The position numbers and the translations under genes were made by a program. This document shows positions 8,857-17,767 of a DNA stretch of 64,000 bases, in pieces. The DNA is from Polyangiaceae bacterium. Lineage in GTDB: Bacteria; Myxococcota_A; Polyangia; Polyangiales; Polyangiaceae. The notes under the pieces were generated by a model, which was given only the letters and a program-made list of their open reading frames with translations, had not been told where the DNA came from and did not search any database. The DNA lies in the NCBI GenBank assembly GCA_044376115.1, contig JBILLK010000019.1, positions 148,740 through 212,739 of the forward strand. Reading direction: 5' to 3'. Within the stretch, counting starts at the first letter, position 1; every line of letters begins with the position of its first letter.

Positions 8857-9804
8857 GTGAACAACGGCGGAACCGGACCTGGCGACTTCGGGGGTGGTAC
8901 ACGCGTGACCCATGCCGAACAGGTCGCCACGGCGCGCACGATGGTCGCAAGCCCTCCTCCGCTGGCCCCTCGGCGCACCGGCTCGCTGCTGATGCCGCTG
9001 GGAGTGAGCGGCGTTCTCGCGACGGTCTTCCTCGTCACTGGGCTCGCGCTTCAGCGTGGCCCGTTCTACGCGGCCATTCCCGGCGCGCCCTCCGTGGAAG
9101 CTGCCGAACCTCCCGTTCGGTTGAGCGCCGCTCCCTCGAGCCCTAGCGCCGCGGGTTCTGCTCGCGCACCGCGGTCAGCCGCGCCTGCGCTGAGCGTGGT
9201 GCCCGAGGTCAAGTCGAGCGCGGTTCCGGAAAACGTGACGGGCCCGGTGGACTCGCCGCCGATGCGAGCGGCTCGCGCCGAGCTCGCAGACGCGATGAAG
9301 AAGGGAAACACCAAGCGCGCGACCGTGGCGCTCAAGGTTGTGCTCGCCCTGGACGTGAACTCGCTGGCCGACGCTGAGATACGGGAAACCACCTTGCAGC
9401 TCGCGCAAACGGCCAGTTTGATGCCGGAGCCTAACCCGAGCGAGTTCTTCGAGTTGCTCAAGGGTGACGGTGGGCCGCGCGGTCTCGACGTTCTTTACGA
9501 ACTGGTGGCCAACAAGGGCGGGGCCCGCGCTTCCGTTGAAGCTGCCCGCGCTCTGAGAGACCCAGCTGTCGTCGCTCGCGGAACACCCGCGTTTCAGATC
9601 GCTTGGGCGTTCCGCCAAGCCGAATCGTGCGAGGCAAAGCGGCCGCTCTTGAGCCGGGTCGCTGACGAAGGGGACCACCGAGCGCTGGGGCTGCTCGTGA
9701 TCGCCAAACAGCGTTGCAAGCGTGGTGGCCCAAGCTGTTGTGATTTCAAGGGCGCAGACGTGGATCAAGCCTTTGATAAGCTGAAGGCGCGCCTGGGCAA
9801 TTGA
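8857..9804 (+). CDS. Single-pass membrane protein with Pro/Ser/Ala linker and helical, Cys-containing periplasmic domain
   Basis: TM segment LLMPLGVSGVLATVFLVTGLAL, low-complexity linker, C-terminal CEAKR...RC..GG..CC; start uncertain (8821/8857/8941). Confidence 0.7.
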   Translation: MNNGGTGPGDFGGGTRVTHAEQVATARTMVASPPPLAPRRTGSLLMPLGVSGVLATVFLVTGLALQRGPFYAAIPGAPSVEAAEPPVRLSAAPSSPSAAGSARAPRSAAPALSVVPEVKSSAVPENVTGPVDSPPMRAARAELADAMKKGNTKRATVALKVVLALDVNSLADAEIRETTLQLAQTASLMPEPNPSEFFELLKGDGGPRGLDVLYELVANKGGARASVEAARALRDPAVVARGTPAFQIAWAFRQAESCEAKRPLLSRVADEGDHRALGLLVIAKQRCKRGGPSCCDFKGADVDQAFDKLKARLGN

Positions 9805-9849
9805 GGTTCAGCTTGACTGTTCATGGTTTGGTGGTATCTCGTACAAACC

Positions 9850-10398
9850 ATGAACAACTGGTTGCCTAAGTCCGTCATCCTCTCTGGTGCGCTCGGAGCG
9901 CTCTCCTTGCTGCCCGTTCGGCTCGACGCGGCGACGGTCGGCGAAGCTGCACCACAGGCCAAAGTCGTGGACGTCGATGACAAGGCGCTGTGGACTTCGG
10001 ACCTCAAAGGCAGCACCGCCATCGTCTTTTACGAGGACAAAGACTCGGGTGAGCTCAACCGCGCGCTCAAAGATGAGCTCAAGAGCTTGATGGGCGAAGA
10101 GGGCATGGGCGGGATCCGCGTGGTTCCGGTCGCCGACGTCAGCGACTACAACAGCTGGCCTTCGCGCGGCTTCGTCAAAGACGCGGTGCGCGACGAGTCG
10201 AAGAAGGCCGGCGTGACCATCTATTGCGATTGGGACGCGTCCTACCGCAAAGCCTTCGACCTGTCGAAGGGCACGAGCAACGTGGTGGTGGTAGGCCGAG
10301 ACGGCTTGGTGAAGGTCTCGACCAGCGGAGCGATCAAAGAGGCCCGCCGTAAGGCGATCCTCGAGGTTCTGCGCAACGACGTCGCCAAGAAGGACTAG
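9850..10398 (+). CDS. Exported thioredoxin-fold (YtfJ/AhpC-like) protein lacking CxxC
   Basis: Signal peptide; VGEAAP...D; IVFYEDKDS; IYCDWD...VVVVGRDG pattern of the AhpC/TSA fold. Confidence 0.65.
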   Translation: MNNWLPKSVILSGALGALSLLPVRLDAATVGEAAPQAKVVDVDDKALWTSDLKGSTAIVFYEDKDSGELNRALKDELKSLMGEEGMGGIRVVPVADVSDYNSWPSRGFVKDAVRDESKKAGVTIYCDWDASYRKAFDLSKGTSNVVVVGRDGLVKVSTSGAIKEARRKAILEVLRNDVAKKD

Positions 10399-10452
10399 CT
10401 GCGCGACGCCGTTGTTCAACGTTGATCGAACCCTGCAGCGAGTCGAGGAATC

Positions 10453-11994
10453 ATGGATGGTAACGCGCGTGTGAGCAAAGTTGGCGACGGACAAGAGCGC
10501 TTGGAGTCTCGTCCCCACGCCGTGGTCATCGGCAGCGGCTTCGGTGGGCTAGCAGCCGCCGTGCGGCTCGGAGCGCGGGGCTACCGCGTGACGGTGCTCG
10601 AAAAGCTCGATGCACCGGGCGGTCGCGCCTACGTTCACAAGCAAGACGGCTTCGTGTTCGACGCCGGGCCTACCGTGATCACCGCGCCGCAACTGTTCGA
10701 GGATCTGTGGGCGCTCGCCGGCCGAAAGCTGAGCGACGACATCGATCTGAGGCCAGTAACGCCGTTCTACCGCATCCTGTTCGAAGATGGAGAGACCTTC
10801 GACTACACCGGCGACGCCGCTGACATGGATAGGCAGATAGCGCGCCTGTGCCCGTCCGACGTCGCGGGCTATCACCGCTTCCTCGAGATGAGCGAGAAGA
10901 TCTTCGCCGTCGGCTTCGAGAAGCTCGCCCACGTTCCTTTTGGCAGCGTGATGGATATGGCGCGCATCGTCCCGGCGATGATGAAGCTCGCCAGCTATCG
11001 CACGGTCTACAGCTTGGTGGCGAAGTACGTCAAAGACGACAAGCTGCGGCAGGTGATGAGCTTTCATCCGCTGCTCGTCGGTGGAAACCCGTTCTCCACC
11101 ACCTCGATCTACACGTTGATCGCCTTCCTCGAGCGCAAGTGGGGCGTGCACTTCCCGATGGGTGGTACCGGCGCGCTGATTCGCGGATTGATATCGCTGA
11201 TCGAAGGGCAAGGAGGCTCGGTGCGGCTCAACGCCCCGGTTCGCAAGATCCTGGTCGACGCGGGTGAGGCCCGCGGTGTGGAGCTCGAGTCGGGCGAGAA
11301 AATCAGCTCCAGCATCGTCGTGTCCAACGCAGACGCCGCCTGGACCTATCGCTACCTGGTGGACGGTGAGCACCGAACCAAGTGGACCGACCGCAAGATC
11401 GATCGCTCGCGTTTCTCGATGGGACTATTCGTCTGGTACTTCGGCACCAAGCGCAAGTACGAGAACTGCGCGCACCACACCATCTTGCTGGGGCCGCGTT
11501 ACAAGGGCTTGCTCGACGACATCTTCGAGAACCACGTGCTCGCGGAGGACTTCAGCCTGTACTTGCACCGGCCAACGGCAACCGATCCGTCGCTGGCGCC
11601 CGAGGGCTGTGACGGCTTCTACGTACTCTCGCCGGTGCCGAATCTGCTCTCCGGCACCGATTGGGACCGTCAGGCTGAACTGTATCGGAAAAAGATTGAG
11701 CGCAAGCTCGAGGAGACGCTGCTGCCCGGCCTCTCCGACGCCATCATCTCCTCGCGTGTGACCACGCCCCAGGAGTTTCAGGATCGGCTAGCGAGCTATC
11801 GCGGTGCAGCCTTTGGTTTTGAGCCGGTGCTCACGCAGAGCGCCTACTTCCGGCCGCACAACCGCAGCGAGGACATCAAGAACCTGTTCTTGGTGGGCGC
11901 TGGCACCCATCCGGGAGCCGGGGTGCCCGGAGTGCTGTCTTCGGCCAGGGTGCTTGATACCGTGGTTCCGGATGCCCAGCACTTCGTCAAATAG
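10453..11994 (+). CDS. crtI: Phytoene desaturase
   Basis: VIGSGFGGLAAA FAD motif, PGGRA, FDAGPTVIT, FSLYLH, LVGAGTHPGAGVPGV. Confidence 0.97.
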   Translation: MDGNARVSKVGDGQERLESRPHAVVIGSGFGGLAAAVRLGARGYRVTVLEKLDAPGGRAYVHKQDGFVFDAGPTVITAPQLFEDLWALAGRKLSDDIDLRPVTPFYRILFEDGETFDYTGDAADMDRQIARLCPSDVAGYHRFLEMSEKIFAVGFEKLAHVPFGSVMDMARIVPAMMKLASYRTVYSLVAKYVKDDKLRQVMSFHPLLVGGNPFSTTSIYTLIAFLERKWGVHFPMGGTGALIRGLISLIEGQGGSVRLNAPVRKILVDAGEARGVELESGEKISSSIVVSNADAAWTYRYLVDGEHRTKWTDRKIDRSRFSMGLFVWYFGTKRKYENCAHHTILLGPRYKGLLDDIFENHVLAEDFSLYLHRPTATDPSLAPEGCDGFYVLSPVPNLLSGTDWDRQAELYRKKIERKLEETLLPGLSDAIISSRVTTPQEFQDRLASYRGAAFGFEPVLTQSAYFRPHNRSEDIKNLFLVGAGTHPGAGVPGVLSSARVLDTVVPDAQHFVK

Positions 11995-12922
11995 CGCAGA
12001 GGCTGCCGACCTCGCAACCTGCCGTGAGATCCTGAGCCGCGGCTCGAAGAGCTTCGCGCTGGCCTCACGGCTACTCCCGGCGCGGCTGCGCGATTCGTCG
12101 GCGGCGCTGTATGCCTTCTGCAGGGTGGCTGACGACGCAGTGGATGAGGACGCCTCGCGCGCGGATTCGGCCTTGGCCGATCTCCGGCGCAGGCTCGCCG
12201 GTATCGAGCGTGATCGGCCGGACGAGCACCCTGTGGACCGCGCTCTCGCGCGCGTGGTGGCGGCAACTGCGCTGCCGATCGGTCCGCTCGAGGCGCTGCT
12301 CGAGGGCTTCGAGTGGGACGTCAAAGGGCGCCATTACCAGACGATGGAGGACGTATTCGCTTACGGCGCTCGGGTGGCCGGCACGATTGGCGTCTTGATG
12401 ACGGTGCTGATGGGGCGTCGCGAGCCGCACGTGCTCGCCCGAGCCTGCGATCTTGGCGTCGCCATGCAGCTCACCAACATCGCGCGCGACGTCGGGGAAG
12501 ACGCTCGCAATGGGCGGCTCTATCTACCGCGGACCGAGCTACTTGCGCTCGGGATCGAGCCGGAGGCTTGGCTGCGCGAGCCGCGCTTCTCGCCCGAGAT
12601 CGAGCAGCTGGTGCGCCGGCTGATGAGCGAAGCGGAGCTGCTTTACGCCCGCTCTGACTCGGGCGTGCCGCTGCTGCCGGCCGATTGCCGTTTGCCCATC
12701 CGCGCGGCTCGCTTGGTTTACTCAGATATCCACCGCTCGATTATTGCCAATCACTACGACACTGTGAGCCAGCGGGCTTATACGAGTAAGGCGCGTAAGC
12801 TCTATTTGATAGCGAAGGCGTTCTTTCGCGGATTGCTGCAGGCTCGCTCGCCGGAGCTCGAGCAGGCGCCCCCGCTCGAGGCTGTCCGCTTCTTGTGCCA
12901 AGGAACGCCCAATGAGTCGTAG
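11972..12922 (+). CDS. crtB: Phytoene synthase
   Basis: GSKSF, LYAFCRVADDAVD, RVAGTIG, LGVAMQLTNIARDVGEDA, GRLYLP; ATG 11972 overlaps the crtI end. Confidence 0.95.
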   Translation: MPSTSSNSAEAADLATCREILSRGSKSFALASRLLPARLRDSSAALYAFCRVADDAVDEDASRADSALADLRRRLAGIERDRPDEHPVDRALARVVAATALPIGPLEALLEGFEWDVKGRHYQTMEDVFAYGARVAGTIGVLMTVLMGRREPHVLARACDLGVAMQLTNIARDVGEDARNGRLYLPRTELLALGIEPEAWLREPRFSPEIEQLVRRLMSEAELLYARSDSGVPLLPADCRLPIRAARLVYSDIHRSIIANHYDTVSQRAYTSKARKLYLIAKAFFRGLLQARSPELEQAPPLEAVRFLCQGTPNES

Positions 12923-14339
12923 CGCCGCTGATAAGGTTCGTGAGGCGGGTGGAGAGGCTCTGCTCGAGCGGCTGCTGTTTTTGGACCAACTCACGGCGGG
13001 AGCAAAGTCGCCGGGCGCGACCCAGCCGATCGCCAGCGATGGCAGTCTCGACTTCGACGTCGTTTTGCTCGGTGGCGGCTTGTCGCTCGTGTACGCGCCG
13101 CTCTTGGCTGACGCTGGCTTCCGCGTGGCGGTGGTCGAGCGCTCGCGCGCGGGTGTGGCTCACCGCGAGTGGAACGCGAGCCGGGCCGAGCTGCAGGTGC
13201 TGGTGGATAACAAGCTGGTGACGGCCGCTGAACTCGATCAGGAGCTGATCGTCGCTCAATACGATTACGGCATCTTTCGCTGGCACGGCGCGGGTGAACA
13301 ACGCGTCAACAACGTGCTCGATTGCGCGCTTGATGCAGGGCCGCTACTCGCCAAAGTGCGTGAGCGCGCCGAGGCCAAAGGCGTTGTCTTCTTCGACCAT
13401 TGTTCGGTCCACGGCGAGACCGCCAATCAATACGGCGTAGCGCTGGCGTTGCGCGGAGAGTCTTGTCCGGCGCGTCTAACCGCCCGTGTGGTGGTGGACG
13501 GGCGGGGCTCTGCGAGCCCTTACGCCGCCGCCGATCTGATTTGTCCGACGGTGGGCGGCGTACTGCAGGGTCTCGAGGTGGGGGACGGCCCCAAACAAAT
13601 CCAGCCGAACGTTGGCGAGATCCTGGTCACCACCGAGGGTATTCAAGCCGGGCGGCAACACCTTTGGGAAGCGTTCCCCGGTCGGCCCGGCGATACCACC
13701 GTATATTTGTTTTATTATGCAGAGGCCCACACGCGGAGGCCTGGCGCTCTGCTCGATCTCTACGCCCGCTTCTTCGACACCCTCGGCAGCTACAAGGCAG
13801 GGGAGGCGAGGTTATTGCGCCCGACCTTCGGCTTCATTCCTGGCTGGACGCGCCTCAGCCCTGGGCCGAACTCGGGCCACCCGCGGATCGTGCTGGTCGG
13901 GGATGCCGGTGCGCGCCATTCCCCATTAACGTTTTGCGGCTTCGGCGCGACGTTGCGAGCGTTGCCGCAGATCGTACCGGTGGTGGAGGCTGCGATGCAG
14001 GGCGTGGTACGAAGCTTCGACGAGGCCTCGGTGCACCGCGGCACCGGCGCGCTGGCGATGCTGCTCGCTCGCCCGCCCAGCGGCGCGCGCCAAGCGAACG
14101 ATTGGAACGAGCTTTTCGACGCGGCCTTCTCCACGCTCGAGAGCATGGGGCCCGAGCCGTTTCAGCGGCTGCTTCGCGACGAGATGGGCGAGGCCGAGTT
14201 CATTCGCTTTTTGACTCGCACCTCGGTCAAACGGCCGCGCGTCTATCTCGATGTAGCGCGGCAGTTGGGCTTGGGCCGCACCATGCGCTGGGGCGCAGGG
14301 CTGTTTGGCCCGGCGGCCTTCCGCTCGTCGTTGGGGTGA
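12912..14339 (+). CDS. cruA: CruA-family FAD-dependent lycopene cyclase
   Basis: Motifs REWNASRAEL, CPTVGG, GRQHLWEAFP, YLFYY, TFGFIPG, GDAGARHSPLTFCGFG match the recalled CruA/CruP family; overlaps the crtB end. Confidence 0.75.
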   Translation: MSRSAADKVREAGGEALLERLLFLDQLTAGAKSPGATQPIASDGSLDFDVVLLGGGLSLVYAPLLADAGFRVAVVERSRAGVAHREWNASRAELQVLVDNKLVTAAELDQELIVAQYDYGIFRWHGAGEQRVNNVLDCALDAGPLLAKVRERAEAKGVVFFDHCSVHGETANQYGVALALRGESCPARLTARVVVDGRGSASPYAAADLICPTVGGVLQGLEVGDGPKQIQPNVGEILVTTEGIQAGRQHLWEAFPGRPGDTTVYLFYYAEAHTRRPGALLDLYARFFDTLGSYKAGEARLLRPTFGFIPGWTRLSPGPNSGHPRIVLVGDAGARHSPLTFCGFGATLRALPQIVPVVEAAMQGVVRSFDEASVHRGTGALAMLLARPPSGARQANDWNELFDAAFSTLESMGPEPFQRLLRDEMGEAEFIRFLTRTSVKRPRVYLDVARQLGLGRTMRWGAGLFGPAAFRSSLG

Positions 14340-14413
14340 GGTTCGGTCCGTACTCGCACGGATGTTGCCAGGCTTCGTTCAACCTTTGTCAGCCGGTGCC
14401 GTATGCAATAGCG

Positions 14414-14968
14414 GTGTCTCGCGAGGTCATTCCTACGGTGGTGTATGAAGACCGCTGCTGCATGGTGGCGACGTGGGAGGGGTTCGTGTTTCCGGTCATG
14501 GGCAGTCGCTTGTTGCCCGTGGCAAGCGTGCGTAACGAGGTCCGCGTGATGGTGGCGCACGGTGCGCACGTGGGTCGCGGAAAGCTCGGAGAAATCACCT
14601 TGATCGCGACCGACGCACCGCTGCCCGAGGCCGAAACTCGCAGCGCGTTCGACGATGGCGTGCCTCTTCTCGCCGAGTACTACGGCAGTGTTTCAGCGGT
14701 CTACGATGCGGTCGGCTTTCGTGGGGCGATGGTGCGCGGCATGCTCACGTCGTTTCAATTGCTCAGTCGTCAGCCGTTTCCCCAGAAGGTCTTCTCACGC
14801 GTTCGGGAAGCCGCGGAGTGGTCGTTTTCGCACGCCAAGGCTTGTGGTGGCATGGGAGTAAGCTCGGCCGAGGAGCTGCACGAGGCTCTCCGTTGGTTGC
14901 GTCGGTACGCGCTCTCGCGGGGGATCTTCACCGCGCAAGAGTCGATTGGCGCGCCGCTCTCCGGTTAA
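14414..14968 (+). CDS. STAS/SpoIIAA-like hypothetical protein
   Basis: GTG 14414 in the 13400 frame; P..ETR...GFRGAMVR...FPQKVFSRVREAAEW pattern; paralog at 32201. Confidence 0.6.
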   Translation: MSREVIPTVVYEDRCCMVATWEGFVFPVMGSRLLPVASVRNEVRVMVAHGAHVGRGKLGEITLIATDAPLPEAETRSAFDDGVPLLAEYYGSVSAVYDAVGFRGAMVRGMLTSFQLLSRQPFPQKVFSRVREAAEWSFSHAKACGGMGVSSAEELHEALRWLRRYALSRGIFTAQESIGAPLSG

Positions 14969-16482
14969 GGCTGCCTGCTCACTCGGCGTCTGAACAGGCC
15001 GAGAAGGTAATATGCGACCAACAGCGCGAGGCCGGTGGGCGTAAGAACGATCAGCCCATGCAAGGTCGGTCCGAGGTCCGTGCCGGCGAGGGCGTAGCGC
15101 AGTCCGAGCCCGAGACCGACCGCCCCAACGCTGGCCGCGCCGAGCTTCAGCCACGGGATCGACGCGAGGCCGGTCTCCCCGAACAGTTGGCTGACGCGAC
15201 GAGCGAGCAAACTGGCTTCGACCACCCCGCCGAGTACCGCCCCAAGCACCACACCCTCGACGCTGAACCAACGCATGAGCACGAGCGAGCCGGCCGTAGA
15301 GACCACCACCCGAACGGTCGCCAGGCGGGCAGGGGAGCGCGTGTCGCCGGCCGCATAACAGGCGGTGCTCATCATCCGACCGAGCGCATTGGCGAGCAGG
15401 CCCAGCCCATAGATCGATAGAACCGAGGCCACGCGCCTGGTCGCCTGGGCATCGAAGGCGCCACGCTCAAATAGTAATCCAACGACCTCGTTCGATAGTG
15501 CGATAAAAACCAGCGCAGCTCCGAGCCCGAGGCCTGCGACCCGGCGCAGCGCTGGGCCCATCGTCTCGCCCAGCGACTTTCGCTGAGCCCCCGCAAGCGA
15601 CGGCAAAAGCGCCGCCGCCTCACCAGTGCCGAGCACCGCCATGGGCAGCAAATAGGCGGTCTGCGCGTTCTGAAAGGTCGAGAGCGCGCCGGCTCCGAGC
15701 AAGGTGACGAGCGAGGTGTCCACCAGGCCGGAGAGCTGCATCACGCCGCGTCCGAGCAAGGTGGAGGGCACTCGCGCGAGCGTGCGCCGCAAGCGCGCTC
15801 CGCTGAAGTCGAAGCTCGGCTTGAGGCTGTGCAGCCAGCGCCGCGTCGGCCAAGAAAGGAAGGCCAGCTGCAGCGCCGCACCGGCGATGGCGCCGAACAT
15901 CAACGAGCGCGCCAGCTCCGCGCTGTTTTCGATCCCAGCGATGCGAGCGCCCACCAGCGCGACGATCTGCGCGGCGCTCCATAACACCGGCGCTGTGTAG
16001 GCGAGCAGGAAGCGCTTGTGCGCCGAGAGGATGGCCAGCGCCCAGGCCGAGAGCACCAAAAGGGCAGTCATCGGGAAGGCGATGCGGGTGAGCTCGATCG
16101 CGAGCTCGCGCGCTTCTCCCTCGATGCCGGCGGCAAACAGGCTGGTTAGCTGCGGCGTGAGCAGCATGCCCAAGGCCGAGAGCCCGACCACGGCCAGGCA
16201 GAGCGCACCGAGGGCGCCGCGTGCGAGCTCGGCTGCCGCGAGCGGATCTTCGTCTTTGGCCTGCACATATTCGGGCACCAGCGACGCCGAGATGGCGCCT
16301 TCCCCGACTAAGTTCTGTGCGACGTTACCGATGCGAAAGGCCGCAACGACAGCGTCGGAGACGGCTCCAACGCCGAGCACGTGAGCGATCACCGCCTGCC
16401 TGGCGAAGCCAGCCACCCGCGAAGCAACGATGCCGAGGGTGACGGCCAATGCGCCAGAAGCTCGCGGAGGGCGCGCCGACAT
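14965..16482 (-). CDS. murJ: Lipid II flippase MurJ (MviN)
   Basis: SRVAGFAR, AFRIGN...GEGAISASLVP, LP.AVLG, LFERGAF; many TM segments; start re-chosen at ATG 16482. Confidence 0.92.
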   Translation of the reverse strand: MSARPPRASGALAVTLGIVASRVAGFARQAVIAHVLGVGAVSDAVVAAFRIGNVAQNLVGEGAISASLVPEYVQAKDEDPLAAAELARGALGALCLAVVGLSALGMLLTPQLTSLFAAGIEGEARELAIELTRIAFPMTALLVLSAWALAILSAHKRFLLAYTAPVLWSAAQIVALVGARIAGIENSAELARSLMFGAIAGAALQLAFLSWPTRRWLHSLKPSFDFSGARLRRTLARVPSTLLGRGVMQLSGLVDTSLVTLLGAGALSTFQNAQTAYLLPMAVLGTGEAAALLPSLAGAQRKSLGETMGPALRRVAGLGLGAALVFIALSNEVVGLLFERGAFDAQATRRVASVLSIYGLGLLANALGRMMSTACYAAGDTRSPARLATVRVVVSTAGSLVLMRWFSVEGVVLGAVLGGVVEASLLARRVSQLFGETGLASIPWLKLGAASVGAVGLGLGLRYALAGTDLGPTLHGLIVLTPTGLALLVAYYLLGLFRRRVSRQP

Positions 16483-16636
16483 AGCGAGACCTTGGTCCGG
16501 CCTTGGGCCTTGGCGCAAGTTTTGTTCAGCTGTGCGATGGTGTGACAGCGGTGTGCCTGGCGAGTGGAGATTCAAGCTCCGACGCTTGGGGAACCGTGAT
16601 AAAAGGGAAACCTCTTTGCGTGTCCGCACGGCCACG

Positions 16637-17692
16637 ATGTCGCTTCCTCCCTCGAGTCCGAGCCCCACGGCGGGCCTTCACAGCAGACCAGCTCCGGCTG
16701 GCAAGCCAGGGGATCGTTTCGCCTTGCACCAAGAGCTGTCGATCTGTCTCGTGGACATGAATGCCGGCCACGTGAACCAGGCCATGCGCTGCTTTCGCGG
16801 CATCATGACTGCGTTCTTTGACCGCGTTCGCAAAGAGAACCCCGGGCTCTCCTGCCGCCTGACCGAGGTATCCCCGCGGGACACCCAAAACCCGATCCCG
16901 CGGGATTGCGACTTCTACATCGGTTCGGGCGGCCCTGGCTCTCCCTACGATGGCGATGACGAGCCGTGGTTCGCCGACTTCGGCAACTTCATGGACTGGG
17001 TCTACGGTGAGGCCGGTCGCAACGACGAGCACCAGAAGAGCTTCTTCGGCGTCTGTTACACCTACGAGTTGTTGGTCCGCCATTTTGACGTGTGCGAGAT
17101 GACCACGCGGGATAGCCGCAAGTTCGGCGTGATGCCGATCTACACCACGCCCTACGGTCAAAAGCACTCGTTGCTCGCGCCCTTCCGGGATCGCTTGTTC
17201 GCCTTCGAGCACCGCAATTGGGAGGCCGTCGAGGTCAAAGCCAAGAAGGTGGAAGAGCTCGGTGGTGGCGTATTGGCGCTCGAGAGTCGGGACGGCCATT
17301 CCAAGGGCCGCGGGCTGCTCGGCTTCGACTTCGGTCGCGGCGTTGAAGCGGTGCAGTTTCACCCCGAGGCTGACCGCGCGGGCGTGATGAGCTGGGTGGC
17401 TCGGCCGGAGCAGGCCGCAGCGTTCCGCGCGACCTACGGTGAAGACACCTACCAGGCGATGTTGCGTACGCTCGATGATCCGAACCGGCTCGCGCGCACC
17501 TTCGCGCTCGTGATTCCAGGCTTCTTGCAGCGGCGCTTCAACCTGCTTGCGGCCCAACGTGGCTACGCGCCGATCTCGGAGCCGTCGGCGGAGGACATCG
17601 CTGCGGCCTTCGCGGGGGAGCCTCCTACCTCGCCTGAGGCGCCCCACTCGGTCGCGGCGCCTCCTTCTCCGTCGCCTTCGGCGAACTTGTAG
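16637..17692 (+). CDS. Stand-alone class I glutamine amidotransferase
   Basis: SGGPGSP oxyanion strand, GVC nucleophile and QFHPE complete a Cys-His-Glu triad. Confidence 0.85.
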   Translation: MSLPPSSPSPTAGLHSRPAPAGKPGDRFALHQELSICLVDMNAGHVNQAMRCFRGIMTAFFDRVRKENPGLSCRLTEVSPRDTQNPIPRDCDFYIGSGGPGSPYDGDDEPWFADFGNFMDWVYGEAGRNDEHQKSFFGVCYTYELLVRHFDVCEMTTRDSRKFGVMPIYTTPYGQKHSLLAPFRDRLFAFEHRNWEAVEVKAKKVEELGGGVLALESRDGHSKGRGLLGFDFGRGVEAVQFHPEADRAGVMSWVARPEQAAAFRATYGEDTYQAMLRTLDDPNRLARTFALVIPGFLQRRFNLLAAQRGYAPISEPSAEDIAAAFAGEPPTSPEAPHSVAAPPSPSPSANL

Positions 17693-17767
17693 AGCGTCAA
17701 AAATCTGACTTTTCTTCGGGCTTTGGCGCCTGTTGCAGACTCATCCGCGTTCGAATACACCAGCGGG

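Noticed and set aside
13400..14413. 522-aa ORF overlapping the cyclase gene
   Set aside because: The first 338 codons are an off-frame shadow of cruA; only the part from GTG 14414 looks like a real protein.
16511..16526. Sigma54-like motif TGGCGCAAGTTTTGTT upstream of the GATase
   Set aside because: It has GT instead of the near-invariant GC at -12.
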